Source of the DNA: Candidatus Niyogibacteria bacterium
GTDB lineage: Bacteria > Patescibacteriota > Minisyncoccia > HO2-45-28
DNA length: 64,000 nt
Assembly (NCBI GenBank): GCA_016432485.1
Contig: CP066691.1
Span: 587,538 to 651,537 of the forward strand
Direction of reading: 5' to 3'
Part shown: piece by piece, positions 48,071 through 57,764 of the stretch
Position numbering within the stretch: the stretch's first letter is position 1
How the letters are laid out: the number at the start of each line of letters is the position of its first letter
Notes under the pieces: generated by a model
What the model was told of the DNA's origin: nothing
The model's database searches: none
Seen by the model: only the letters and a program-made list of their open reading frames with translations
Translations under genes and position numbers: made by a program

Positions 48071-48478
48071 TTACTGCGGGGACAAGGGGCGTGATTCTAA
48101 AAATTCCCTTTTGGTATTATAAAAACAAGGAGAGATTTCCCTCAACGCCTCCCAAAATTTTATTTTCAGGTGATTTCGCGCCGCCAACACAATGTCTGAC
48201 TCTGGAGAAGGCGCTTCACCGAGAGCGGCGTAAAAACGACATTTGACGTCAAGCAAGGCATTGTCAATTTGATTTTCAATACCGCGCAAAATGGATATAA
48301 TTTTTTCTTTTTCCTCCTGTGTCAACGGCGTCTTCGAATAAAGGATCATTTTTAAACGCTCATCTTGTTTTCTAATGGCCTCGAGATTCGGTTCGATAAC
48401 CTCATGTACAACATTTCTGCTTATGCCGGCTAGCCGATGTAAAACGTCAACAAAACTCACCAACCCTTCTCGCGCCAA
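48071..48478 (-). CDS. Hypothetical protein
   Basis: AAGGAGG RBS, TTG start, helical. Confidence 0.6.
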   Translation of the reverse strand: MAREGLVSFVDVLHRLAGISRNVVHEVIEPNLEAIRKQDERLKMILYSKTPLTQEEKEKIISILRGIENQIDNALLDVKCRFYAALGEAPSPESDIVLAARNHLKIKFWEALREISPCFYNTKREFLESRPLSPQ

Positions 48479-48565
48479 TGCCTTGCCTCCTTAGCTAGTT
48501 GTCAAAGCGGACTATTTTTCCTACTCTATTAGATAGATTACGGACTTAATAAGTTTTGTCAACAC

Positions 48566-48637
48566 GCCCCTGTCGTTCAATGGATAGGACGAAGGTTTCC
48601 TAAACCTTAAATCCAAGTTCGATTCTTGGCAGGGGCA
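48566..48637 (+). tRNA. tRNA-Arg(CCT)
   Basis: aaggt-ttcctaa-acctt. Confidence 0.93.
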
Positions 48638-48641
48638 CTAT

Positions 48642-49190
48642 ATGGTGTTTTTCACAGGAAAAGGCGATGACGGAAAAACAGGCCGCTTCGGATGCGACCA
48701 GAGGATTTCAAAAAGCTCGGCTATTGCCGAAGCGCTAGGATGCGTGGATGAAATAAATTCTTTTTTGGGCGTTTGCAAAGTGAAAGCGGACGGTTTTGAT
48801 GTGGCGGGCAGAGAAATTCGCGGCCTGATTTCAGACATTCAAAACGACCTTTTCGTGATTCAGGCGGAGCTTGGCGGATATTCCAAATTAAAAATCGGGG
48901 AAGAGAAAGTTAAAAAACTTGAAGAATATGTAAATTGGATTGAGCGCGAGCTTCCGCCGATAAAAACATTTTTTGTCGCTGGAGGAACGGAATTGTCGGC
49001 TCTTTTTGATTACGCCCGCGCCGTCGTAAGGCGCGCCGAACGCAGGGCAGTGCTTGTTTCCGAACAGTCGCCGGAAGATTTTAATCCAAATATTTTGGCT
49101 TATCTCAACCGTCTTTCAAGTATTCTTTACGCCTTGGCGCGTTTTGCTAATTTTAAGGCGGGCGTCCCCGAAGAACCGCCTAGGTATTAA
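48642..49190 (+). CDS. PduO-type ATP:cob(I)alamin adenosyltransferase
   Basis: TGKGDDGKT, GCVDEINS, RAVVRRAER, YLNRLS. Confidence 0.9.
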   Translation: MVFFTGKGDDGKTGRFGCDQRISKSSAIAEALGCVDEINSFLGVCKVKADGFDVAGREIRGLISDIQNDLFVIQAELGGYSKLKIGEEKVKKLEEYVNWIERELPPIKTFFVAGGTELSALFDYARAVVRRAERRAVLVSEQSPEDFNPNILAYLNRLSSILYALARFANFKAGVPEEPPRY

Positions 49191-49231
49191 GATTGAAATT
49201 TAGTTTTTCGGAATCTATAATTTTAGTTTAA

Positions 49232-49303
49232 GGGCCTGTAGCTTAGAGGAAAAGCGTGTGCATGGCATGCACAAGACCGCGGGTTCGAGTCCCGCCAGGT
49301 CCA
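49232..49303 (+). tRNA. tRNA-Ala(GGC)
   Basis: tgtgc-atggcat-gcaca; G3:U70. Confidence 0.93.
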
Positions 49304-49351
49304 CAACACGTTATGTAATATAAAAAGCTCCACTGGAGTGGAGCATTAGGA

Positions 49352-49555
49352 TTATGTGCTCGCTATGAGCTCCCCATCAACTTTAACAATAGCTCTCTCG
49401 TCCCATTCATAGTTAATTCCTGGATGCCCATCAATCTCAACCGAAAGCGTATGGTCATTATCAAACGTGAACACGATTATTCTCTCTTTTGGAAAAATTG
49501 AGTAGTGCCGGAGTTCATTCTCCTTAAAAACCTTACGAATCTCGTCCAGATTCAT
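49352..49555 (-). CDS. Small hypothetical protein
   Basis: GGAGGT RBS, 67 aa. Confidence 0.6.
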   Translation of the reverse strand: MNLDEIRKVFKENELRHYSIFPKERIIVFTFDNDHTLSVEIDGHPGINYEWDERAIVKVDGELIAST

Positions 49556-49919
49556 GGCCTCTTACCTCCCTTCTGTAGCAGTTCGTTCTATAATTTACAC
49601 TATTGTAGTTCAGGTTGTTTTGCAAGAGGTTGCCAATTCAGCATTTCGTTTGTAATCTGGTTCCAATTAGTACGGACGTAGTCCACTGTATGATACTTCG
49701 AGTCGGAGAATTGCTGATTTATCCCGTTAATTTTGCAAAGCAAAATTTTTACGGGGCCAAAATCGGATAGGCCGCGAATACGCCACCCGCATGGCGTATT
49801 GGGAAAGCTTTGGCCTACAGGCAATAGCTCGTCCCCACACCCACACCTACGCATAGGTGTGGGTGTGGGGGCTCGCCTAACTTTGGACTTTTGTTGAGGC
49901 AATTGATATAGTAACAGCA

Positions 49920-51041
49920 ATGAGATTTGCGCCTAAAAAAATTACACTATTGATTGCGGGGATGGTGTTTACCGCCGGACTTGCGGCGAGTTTTGTCGTC
50001 CCTGCCTTCGCCGGTGATCCGGTTGGAGGGCTTGATATAACTATTGAACAGATTCCCGGAGGGCTGGTTTCTACCAAAAATTATAGTTCTTCATTGTCAA
50101 ATAAATCAGCGGGACTAATAAGAATGGAAGTCGGGGATGTGCTTTTACGCTATGGCGTTGGCGGCGCGGATATCAACAAAGTAACAGACGCACTTGAAGG
50201 CAAGGGTGTTTACGAAGCTGAACTCAAATCATTTCTAATCGCGATCGGAGTCAATGAAAAAGGCGTTCAGGAAGTCATTGCCAAACTTGACGAGCTTGGT
50301 GCCGCGTCAAACGCGGCTCCTGCCGCGTCAAACGCGGTTGAGACCGGAGCTGATTCTACTGAAAAAGAATCTGCGGGAGACGGTAACGCGCACGGCTTTC
50401 CCGATCGCAGAGCTGATTCTCCCAAAAAAGAATTTACTTCAGGAGCGGTTTTTGCTCCGGCCGCGAGGGAAACTCCGCAACCCGCGACAGTAAACCCAGA
50501 ACTTCATAGGCCGCCCACATCGCTAAAAGAACTGGACACTAGCGAAAACGCGAAGGTACTTCGCGATAATTTCCGAGAAAATGTAAGAACACTGTTTAAA
50601 GACGACGGGACTCCGTTGCGCCGCATTGCCGTCGCCCACGGCAAAGGACTGCGCATGCTCAACCGTTTTCGCTCGGCAATGGCTCGGTTTGACCATATTT
50701 TAGGCCGGCTGGAATCGCGGATTGAAAAAATGAGAATTGAAATTGAGGCTGAAGAGCGCGCGGCGACGGGCAACACAAAGAGCAAATTTCCGCCAGAGAA
50801 CGATGCCTCTCTTATTGAAAGAGCCAAAAATATGCAAGTTGAAAACGAGGCAAAGATGGAAGAACTTAAAGCAAAATACGAATCATTGCTTCTCGGTGAA
50901 AACGCGGGAGGAATCGCAAAAGAAGCCCGCGCCATAGCCGCGGAGCTTAAAGCAGACATAGAAAACCTCCGCGCCATAATTATTGAGATATATACATTTG
51001 CCGATGATTACAATAGTTCCAGATCAAATACCAGCATATAA
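49920..51041 (+). CDS. Secreted hypothetical protein with coiled-coil C-terminus
   Basis: Signal peptide ending AFA; 373 aa. Confidence 0.75.
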   Translation: MRFAPKKITLLIAGMVFTAGLAASFVVPAFAGDPVGGLDITIEQIPGGLVSTKNYSSSLSNKSAGLIRMEVGDVLLRYGVGGADINKVTDALEGKGVYEAELKSFLIAIGVNEKGVQEVIAKLDELGAASNAAPAASNAVETGADSTEKESAGDGNAHGFPDRRADSPKKEFTSGAVFAPAARETPQPATVNPELHRPPTSLKELDTSENAKVLRDNFRENVRTLFKDDGTPLRRIAVAHGKGLRMLNRFRSAMARFDHILGRLESRIEKMRIEIEAEERAATGNTKSKFPPENDASLIERAKNMQVENEAKMEELKAKYESLLLGENAGGIAKEARAIAAELKADIENLRAIIIEIYTFADDYNSSRSNTSI

Positions 51042-51043
51042 TC

Positions 51044-51382
51044 ATGACTACGAATAAAAACAAACTCATCATCGCAATCATTGTTCTCGCTGTTGTCGCG
51101 GGAGGAGTATTATTTTTCTTGAATCGCGGCCCCTCGTATCAAAAAGAATCCGTTACGGTTGAACAGGATTTAACTCCGATTGAATTGACTCAAGAAGAAC
51201 AGCGGGCGCTTCAGGCCGAGGGGCTCGTTATGCCGTCCGGGGACGACGCAGCTGCGAAAAAATTGCAAACCGTGCGAACTTCCGACGAACTCGGCGCCAT
51301 TGGGGCTGACCTCAACGAAACAGACCTATCAGAACTTGACGCTGAACTTGATGCGATTGAGAGCGACCTTTCGGGATTATAA
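51044..51382 (+). CDS. Membrane-anchored acidic hypothetical protein
   Basis: N-terminal TM; terminator downstream. Confidence 0.75.
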   Translation: MTTNKNKLIIAIIVLAVVAGGVLFFLNRGPSYQKESVTVEQDLTPIELTQEEQRALQAEGLVMPSGDDAAAKKLQTVRTSDELGAIGADLNETDLSELDAELDAIESDLSGL

Positions 51383-51464
51383 CCGCAGTCCTTTTTATTT
51401 TAAAAAATAAAAAAGAGCCGAAGAAATAGTTGCCCATTCGGCTCTTTTCGCGCGGCTTAACCCT

Positions 51465-52025
51465 TCACTCGCGCGGCATGACATACATCCCGCGAATTAA
51501 CTTGCTGTTGGGATATTTTTTAATAAGTTCTTTTAAATAGCGTTTATCTCCGCTGTTCCAAGCGTAAAGATAATAAAGCGCGAACGCCGCTGTCGGTTCG
51601 TTAAGGTCCTCTCTGGATGTCGGGTCTGATATTTTGCCGTTCGGGTGATTCACGACTATATCCTTAAGCCAATGATTGGCTTTTTTCCTGCTGTTTTTAT
51701 CAAATTTTATGCCTGGAAAAAGTTCCTCTTCTCCCCGAGTCGCTCTGGATAGCTTATAAAACTCGGCGATGCGCAGTTTGGCGTCATCCACCAGATGGCT
51801 TTTAGGGTATTTTTTTATAAAGGCCTTATAATTCTTTATAATCCGCGGGTAGATGACCTCTATTTTTACTTTAAGGTCATCGCTTGAATAAAGTTGCTGA
51901 AAAATACCCAGATATTCGTTGAGCTCATCGGCAAACGCTATAAGCTTCGCGTTTGCCAATCCCGAACCCGCGAAAAAACAAAAAACAAGGATAAAAAAAT
52001 GAAGGAGCGTTTTTCGGATTGTCAT
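51465..52025 (-). CDS. Secreted TPR-like (YbgF/BamD-style repeat) protein
   Basis: Signal peptide; FIKKYPKSHLVDDAKLRIA, LIKKYPNS. Confidence 0.6.
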   Translation of the reverse strand: MTIRKTLLHFFILVFCFFAGSGLANAKLIAFADELNEYLGIFQQLYSSDDLKVKIEVIYPRIIKNYKAFIKKYPKSHLVDDAKLRIAEFYKLSRATRGEEELFPGIKFDKNSRKKANHWLKDIVVNHPNGKISDPTSREDLNEPTAAFALYYLYAWNSGDKRYLKELIKKYPNSKLIRGMYVMPRE

Positions 52026-52121
52026 TGCCCGCGGCCCCATCCCTTTAATTCCTTTTCCGATCTCCAACTTCAGAATAGCGCATGATGTCCAATTCCGCCA
52101 ATTGCCATTAATATAATAGTT

Positions 52122-52562
52122 ATGGGCCCGATAAGATTCAGAATCTTTTTTCTTTTGGTCGCGGCCGCGGTTAGCGGCGGATTTTTTTATTTTTACGCGC
52201 CGCCGTCTCCAGTATCGGATGTTTACGTCTCCGGCCAAAAAATCGCGGTTGAACTGGCTAATACTCCGGCCAAAAGGATACAAGGCCTTTCCGGCAGAAA
52301 CGCGCTCGGGCAAAACGAGGGAATGTTTTTTGTTTTTGAAAAACCGGATTACTACGCTTTCTGGATGCGCGATATGAATTTTAAAATAGATATTATCTGG
52401 ATTGATGAGAATAAAAAAATCGTTGATATCGTGAAAAACGCCGCGCCGGAATCATATCCTGAAAAATTTTCTCCGCAAAGCCCCGCACAGTATGTTCTGG
52501 AAGTAAACGCCGGCCTTGTCGATGAACATAAAATAAATATCGGCGATCGGGTTGAGTTTTAA
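52122..52562 (+). CDS. DUF192 family protein
   Basis: VELANT, GLSGR, GMFF, FWM, YVLEVNAG. Confidence 0.9.
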   Translation: MGPIRFRIFFLLVAAAVSGGFFYFYAPPSPVSDVYVSGQKIAVELANTPAKRIQGLSGRNALGQNEGMFFVFEKPDYYAFWMRDMNFKIDIIWIDENKKIVDIVKNAAPESYPEKFSPQSPAQYVLEVNAGLVDEHKINIGDRVEF

Positions 52563-52644
52563 GTTAATTGGGCAAGCAAATGGGGGAAATTTATATCTAT
52601 TTTTGCCTCTTTACATCCTAAAATATAATTGTTAATATTTGGTT

Positions 52645-52869
52645 ATGAAATACTTAAATTTTTCTGTGATTATTGAAGAAGACAAGGATGGTTTTTTTGC
52701 TTTTTGTCCGGAACTTCGGGGGTGCTACACGCAAGGAAATACTTACGAGGAAGCGCTAAAAAACATAAAAGACGCCATAAAACTCCACCTTGCCGACATA
52801 GAGAAAAACAGGGAAAAACTGGAACGACCCAAATCCATTAGTTTGGCAACTGTTGAGGTAGCTGTTTAA
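52645..52869 (+). CDS. hicB: HicB-family antitoxin
   Basis: CPELRGCYTQGNTYEEALKNIKDAI. Confidence 0.88.
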   Translation: MKYLNFSVIIEEDKDGFFAFCPELRGCYTQGNTYEEALKNIKDAIKLHLADIEKNREKLERPKSISLATVEVAV

Positions 52870-52876
52870 TTTTATT

Positions 52877-53104
52877 GTGTCTAGCGGGCTTCCGAGGACA
52901 AGAGCCAAGGATATAATCCGAGTTTTAGAAAAAATCGGATTTAGTTTTGCGCGTCAAAGCGGAAGTCATAAAATTTATAAAAATACCGAAAACAAACGAG
53001 TAACCGTGCCGTTTCACAACAACACTATTTTACATCCAAAAGTTTTAAAAAGTATCTTAAAAGACGCCGATATTGATGCCGAACAGTTGAAAAAACTGCT
53101 TTAG
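52877..53104 (+). CDS. hicA: HicA-family mRNA interferase toxin
   Basis: GF..RQSGSH, VTVPFH. Confidence 0.88.
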   Translation: MSSGLPRTRAKDIIRVLEKIGFSFARQSGSHKIYKNTENKRVTVPFHNNTILHPKVLKSILKDADIDAEQLKKLL

Positions 53105-53113
53105 TTTTGTTTA

Positions 53114-53170
53114 GGGGCCTAGAGGGATTTGAACCCGCAACCTATTTTGCCACATGGAAACGCTCTGCCG
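53114..53170 (-). pseudogene. Degenerate tRNA-His copy (att-like island boundary)
   Basis: ...tgtggc...gggttcaaatccctctaggcccc shares aatccctctaggc with tRNA-His at 58252. Confidence 0.7.
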
Positions 53171-53236
53171 TCGCTCTTTTTATTTCTTCATTGACCGTTC
53201 ATAGGTTGGGGTATAGCGTTAAATTAGAGATGGTCT

Positions 53237-53638
53237 TTGTATGAGAATGCCTCGGAGAACGACATGAAACAGTGGCATCCCGAAGCTGCGTGGCGTCTTT
53301 TGCCTGAAGAAAACCACGCGCTTCAATGCGCGTTTGAAACGGCATGGGACGCGGCCCTGCTTGAAGTAAAAGATTTCGCCGCATCTCATCGAGATATTGA
53401 AGTCCTTATGATTACATTTAAAAGTTGCGTTCCGGGGGTCATTTTGCCGGCGGCCGATGATTTTGAAATATTCAAACGGGTTATTGAATACGAGCTGGAT
53501 CGCTTAAATAATATTGATGAGCTCGGATCTACGGGATGCGGCAGCGACGATTGTTCGGCAGCGCGGCATCGCAAGGCGCTTAAGTCATTTTTAAAAAATA
53601 AGCTCGGCGTCAATTACAGACCCGCCGCCGATACTTAG
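53237..53638 (+). CDS. Hypothetical protein
   Basis: 133-aa ORF followed by terminator. Confidence 0.6.
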   Translation: MYENASENDMKQWHPEAAWRLLPEENHALQCAFETAWDAALLEVKDFAASHRDIEVLMITFKSCVPGVILPAADDFEIFKRVIEYELDRLNNIDELGSTGCGSDDCSAARHRKALKSFLKNKLGVNYRPAADT

Positions 53639-53689
53639 AGTTTCAACTCAATAAAAAAGTGCGCGACCTATGTCCGCGCGCCTTTTTTA

Positions 53690-54031
53690 TTATTTTCTTT
53701 CTTTATAAGAAAATAAAAGATAATACATTGAAAGGAAAACAAGGTTAAAAAGCATACAATTGTAAGTGAGGGTTTCAGAAAAAGGAAGATATTGATTTAA
53801 AAACGCGGCGGCGAAAACGGCGGTATGGACAAAAAAGGCGGATTTAAAAACAGGTTGACTATAAGACGTGGCCGCGTAGGCAAAAAGCGCGAGCGTAAAT
53901 ATGACCCATGCCGGATGCGCGAATGACTGCCAATTTATGATATTCGGCCCGTCGACGGCCAGATATTTCAGGCCGTCAAACGCTATGACGATGCCGAAGA
54001 TGGATGCGTATAAAATAAGTTTTCGTTTCAT
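53690..54031 (-). CDS. Four-TM membrane protein
   Basis: Hydrophobic segments. Confidence 0.65.
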   Translation of the reverse strand: MKRKLILYASIFGIVIAFDGLKYLAVDGPNIINWQSFAHPAWVIFTLALFAYAATSYSQPVFKSAFFVHTAVFAAAFLNQYLPFSETLTYNCMLFNLVFLSMYYLLFSYKERK

Positions 54032-54096
54032 ATTAAGAAGGTTCCGACTTTTTTTAGTTAATGGGTCGGCAAACAAAGCCGCGCGGTCGAAGGATT

Positions 54097-54324
54097 TTAT
54101 AGCAGTTTTATAAATTCAGGCACAGAGAAGCCGATCTGTTTTATTATTGATTTAAGCGTTTTTGGCGTAAGTTCTTTTCTGTGGAACGGAATCGTTACTC
54201 TTAGTTTGCTTTTTGCCAGATGGCGCAGCTGAATGTGGCTTCCGCTTTGATGAAATTCATAAAAACCGGCTCGTTTGAGAGCTTTGATAACCAATGCGGA
54301 TGGGATGCGCGGTAATTTTGGCAA
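54097..54324 (-). CDS. hicA: HicA-family toxin
   Basis: GF..HQSGSH, VTIPFH. Confidence 0.88.
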   Translation of the reverse strand: MPKLPRIPSALVIKALKRAGFYEFHQSGSHIQLRHLAKSKLRVTIPFHRKELTPKTLKSIIKQIGFSVPEFIKLL

Positions 54325-54329
54325 ACGAT

Positions 54330-54566
54330 TTAAATGCTAGCTGTAACTTTCTCTCTTCGTCTGGTGTTGCCAATAAAAAAGGCCTCGTCTTTGAGAACGG
54401 CCTCCAAATAACATTTTATGGCATCTTGCGCCATTTCTCGAGCTTCTTTTAAATTATTTCCTTCTGTCACTAAACCCGGGAGTTTGGGAACTGTAACCGT
54501 ATATCCCGCGCCATTTGGCTCAAAAACAACTTCGTATTGTAATATATTTTCCTTACGTTTTTTCAT
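54330..54566 (-). CDS. hicB: HicB-family antitoxin
   Basis: VPKLPGLVTEGNNLKEAREMAQDAI. Confidence 0.88.
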   Translation of the reverse strand: MKKRKENILQYEVVFEPNGAGYTVTVPKLPGLVTEGNNLKEAREMAQDAIKCYLEAVLKDEAFFIGNTRRREKVTASI

Positions 54567-54767
54567 ATAGAAATATTATAACGCCATATTGCCAAAAATC
54601 AAATTTAACCCGGGTCAGCAAACAAGGCCGCGTCGCGTCAAACGCGATAGCGATTTGACGCGGTGGAATTAGTTCGAACCTGTTTTACGGTTGCCGTATG
54701 ATATTTCGGGTTGGCTTTGATTGCTGTTGCAAAAATCACCCCCACCCTGTAAAATCAACCCATAATC

Positions 54768-55313
54768 ATGGAATATTATATCCTTTTTCAAGGGCGCATT
54801 GATAAAGACGCGTCCTTGGCATTGATAAATGCGCTACTGGAGGCCAACGGAAAAAAAGAGGCCGAACATATAACCATGCTTTTTTCTTCAGTAGGAGGCT
54901 TTATTTACTATGGATTTAATATCGCTACCGTCATCAAAAATCTTGAAAAACCAATAAGAATTCATGCCACAAACGAAATAAGTTCAATAGCTAATGTTGT
55001 TTATTTGTCGGCAAAAGAAAGATCAGCCGAATCTTATGCCAAATTCTTTTTGCACGGAGCTTCAGTTGAGGGTAATCTTAGTTTAAACCTTGAAGATTTG
55101 AATGAACAAGTTTCGTCTATACAAGTCCAAAATGATAGACTGGCTAGGTTTATTTTTGAAACCACTGGAACTTCGATTGAAGAAATAAATCAAATGATGA
55201 AAGGCCGCAGATCTTTGTCGTCCGAGGAAGCTTTCAAGTATAATATTGTTCTTGAAGTAAAAGAGGAGCAGATACCAGTTGGCGCTTTAAGAAAAGATGT
55301 TATTTTCGTATAA
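54768..55313 (+). CDS. ClpP-like protease subunit
   Basis: FSSVGG, SSIA, FFLHG. Confidence 0.75.
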   Translation: MEYYILFQGRIDKDASLALINALLEANGKKEAEHITMLFSSVGGFIYYGFNIATVIKNLEKPIRIHATNEISSIANVVYLSAKERSAESYAKFFLHGASVEGNLSLNLEDLNEQVSSIQVQNDRLARFIFETTGTSIEEINQMMKGRRSLSSEEAFKYNIVLEVKEEQIPVGALRKDVIFV

Positions 55314-55320
55314 TTAAAAT

Positions 55321-55548
55321 ATGCTAAAAGAAAGTCTTAAAAATAAGATTAAAGAAATACTTGAAAAAATGGGTTGTGTTGATATTCAATTCTCAAATGG
55401 CACAGAAAATGAGGCCGCTGTTAGATTTAATTGCGAGATTTTGATAAGTTTTAAGACCGACCTGGAGGATTGGATATATTCAGGTATTCAACGTAACGAT
55501 CTTGGGGAACAAAAGTACAAGATTGGGTTTAAACGTAAGAGCAACTAG
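55321..55548 (+). CDS. Hypothetical protein
   Basis: Directly follows the ClpP-like gene. Confidence 0.6.
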   Translation: MLKESLKNKIKEILEKMGCVDIQFSNGTENEAAVRFNCEILISFKTDLEDWIYSGIQRNDLGEQKYKIGFKRKSN

Positions 55549-55594
55549 GTTTTTAGGGTTATAAATCTTGAACCCCGTTTTTAAAAACGACTCT

Positions 55595-55807
55595 TCACTT
55601 ATCTAAATAACGATCTAGTTTTTTATATGATTTACTTATTAAACGAGAAATTTTATATATGACAAAAAGAGCAAAAAACCCAATAATGATTAGTAAGAAC
55701 CACCCACTAATGTCTAATAATTCCCGACCAAGGCCAGTTGTGGGTTTTAGATGATCTGGAGTTTCAACCGGTATTCCTCGTGAAAAATCAAATTCTTTTG
55801 GCGGCAT
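55595..55807 (-). CDS. Small membrane protein
   Basis: One TM. Confidence 0.6.
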   Translation of the reverse strand: MPPKEFDFSRGIPVETPDHLKPTTGLGRELLDISGWFLLIIIGFFALFVIYKISRLISKSYKKLDRYLDK

Positions 55808-55846
55808 ATTATTAATTATAATGGATATTGTAAGTATTTGATACCG

Positions 55847-56332
55847 TTAAAATGTTCTATTTTTACAATGTCTCCAATCGTCCTCCATGATCGGATCTCC
55901 AACGCTAGCCCATCTATTAATGCAATCTACAAAATCTTCTAGTTTTGTTTTCGTATCTTCTGCAAATTCTTTTGCGTCTTCAAGCTGGCCTTGTAATGTA
56001 GATACGGCCCACTCTAAATCACTAATCTGACTTTCTAAATCATTAACTCTCCCCTCCAGTTCAGAATAACTTTGCCCATAAGTAGTTGGAGTTATTACCG
56101 TTTGTTTTTTAACTCCGCTTTCTTTTACGGAATGAATTTGCTCTAAATCAAACAGTGTTTCGCGTGGAGCCAAAGAAGAAGCGGTGTTATCATTTGGTTT
56201 TTCATTAAACACTGTAATATAAACCGCGGAGACCAATATGGATGTGAATAGTATTATCAGTAATGTTTTTATGCTGTAATTTTTCATGTCTTTCAACCAC
56301 TGAAGCTAATTTTGTTTGAGCCGGTTTTTCAT
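55847..56332 (-). CDS. Membrane-anchored coiled-coil protein; ancestral leader interrupted by TAG
   Basis: ATG 56332 gives MKNRLKQN*, in frame with the 55847-56296 ORF. Confidence 0.6.
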
Positions 56333-56517
56333 AAAAACTTTTGGCGATTTTCGCCGTGTTCTTTGCCAAGATTATAAGCCAAAACAGCGGCGTAGATAAT
56401 ACCATAGAAAATATGGAAAGTTTGACCAAAGTCTACACTATCCATAGCCGCATCAATAAACGCCAATGCCAGGGGAGAAATTATATATAAAAATAAGAGT
56501 ATATTTTTTATTTTCAT
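56329..56517 (-). CDS. Small membrane protein
   Basis: Two hydrophobic segments. Confidence 0.6.
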   Translation of the reverse strand: MKIKNILLFLYIISPLALAFIDAAMDSVDFGQTFHIFYGIIYAAVLAYNLGKEHGENRQKFL

Positions 56518-56521
56518 ATTA

Positions 56522-56764
56522 TTATAAGGGGTTGTTGAATGTATCCCGATTAAGTTTTTGGAAGTTTTTTATTTCTCTTTCCCCAATATATTTACTAAAA
56601 CTATTTCTAAAATTATCCCCAAACCATTCAAGAGTGTCCTGTTGTGCTCTCAACCTTTTTAATTGATACTCTCTATAATTTATAAACATAAAACCAGCCA
56701 CAAAAATAGTAGCTATTATTAGGATCAACAATCTAAACCAATTTTCTTTTAACCAGTTTTTCAT
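56522..56764 (-). CDS. Small membrane protein, MKNWLKENWF leader
   Basis: Leader plus TM. Confidence 0.7.
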   Translation of the reverse strand: MKNWLKENWFRLLILIIATIFVAGFMFINYREYQLKRLRAQQDTLEWFGDNFRNSFSKYIGEREIKNFQKLNRDTFNNPL

Positions 56765-56785
56765 GAATTTGTTTATACTATCAAA

Positions 56786-57010
56786 CTATAAATTAAACTT
56801 TCTCACGATTCTACGCCAAATAAATGAAACAATAATAGATAAACCGAGGGCAATTATAAAAGACTCATCTTCGGACAAATTCCGGCTACTGTCTGACCAA
56901 ATAAATATCACAGTAAAAAGTGATACGAAAATGAACGCCCTCTTTAAAAACGGCTTCAACAATACTAGTCGCCGCAGAGTTGGAAAATCGATTTTAAGCC
57001 AATCCTTCAT
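56786..57010 (-). CDS. Small membrane protein, MKDWLK leader
   Basis: Leader plus two TMs. Confidence 0.65.
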   Translation of the reverse strand: MKDWLKIDFPTLRRLVLLKPFLKRAFIFVSLFTVIFIWSDSSRNLSEDESFIIALGLSIIVSFIWRRIVRKFNL

Positions 57011-57013
57011 AAT

Positions 57014-57238
57014 TTATAATCCTTTTTCTCTTAAACAGAATTTGTAAAAAAAGTCGTAAACCCTATCTTGATCCTCAGACGCCTTTTTGGTTTTTTCGAT
57101 GGACTCTGTGTTACACTCTTTTACAATTTTGTTTGGCCTCCATTCATACCAATAAAAATAACTTGCAGAGATTACGACCATCAAGACAATCACCCCAACC
57201 TTAAACCAATTTTGTTTGAGCCAATTCATGGTCGACAT
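57014..57238 (-). CDS. Small membrane protein, MNWLKQNWFK leader
   Basis: Leader, TM, FYWYEWRP, C...CLREKGL. Confidence 0.7.
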   Translation of the reverse strand: MSTMNWLKQNWFKVGVIVLMVVISASYFYWYEWRPNKIVKECNTESIEKTKKASEDQDRVYDFFYKFCLREKGL

Positions 57239-57241
57239 GAT

Positions 57242-57436
57242 TTAACGATAACTCCTATATTTTTTAGCGTGAAAGTGGTGTTGGCCATATTTAAACCCCC
57301 ACTTCGGGCAATTTGTCCTACAAGTGTGGCCGCCTTTTCTGTCTGTTCTACCGGGGTGTGCCAACGCCTCAAATGGCGCAGAGAATACAAGCGCCGTGAA
57401 AGCAGTAAAAATAACTACTAAAATAAAATTCTTCAT
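57242..57436 (-). CDS. YHYH-like domain secreted protein
   Basis: AHPGRTD..GGH.C...C...HHFH. Confidence 0.75.
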   Translation of the reverse strand: MKNFILVVIFTAFTALVFSAPFEALAHPGRTDRKGGHTCRTNCPKWGFKYGQHHFHAKKYRSYR

Positions 57437-57444
57437 TTCGAGGT

Positions 57445-57696
57445 TTAGTACCTAAATCTGTATGATTTATATGGATCAGAGTATCCCTTTTTGCCCGTGT
57501 ACGGATTGTAATTACCGCGCGTGCTGTAGTTATCAAATCTAGTGCTATTGGGACTTGAGCGGTAATGGGGTAGGACATATGTGCCAGTGCGAGGTTTTAC
57601 ATACCCCCTCACTCTTACAGCTGCGTATGCGGAACCAGCGAAGACGAACAGACCAAAAATTATCAAAATCGCTGCTAAAAATTTAAAGTTTTTCAT
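57445..57696 (-). CDS. Secreted hypothetical protein
   Basis: Signal peptide; VRGY...GTYV.PHYRS.PN...DNYSTRGN.NPYTG. Confidence 0.75.
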   Translation of the reverse strand: MKNFKFLAAILIIFGLFVFAGSAYAAVRVRGYVKPRTGTYVLPHYRSSPNSTRFDNYSTRGNYNPYTGKKGYSDPYKSYRFRY

Positions 57697-57764
57697 AATG
57701 TTTTAATTATACCATATCTAATAGAAATTGCAAGTGGGCGGGCAAATGGAGGAAGTTCGCGCCT

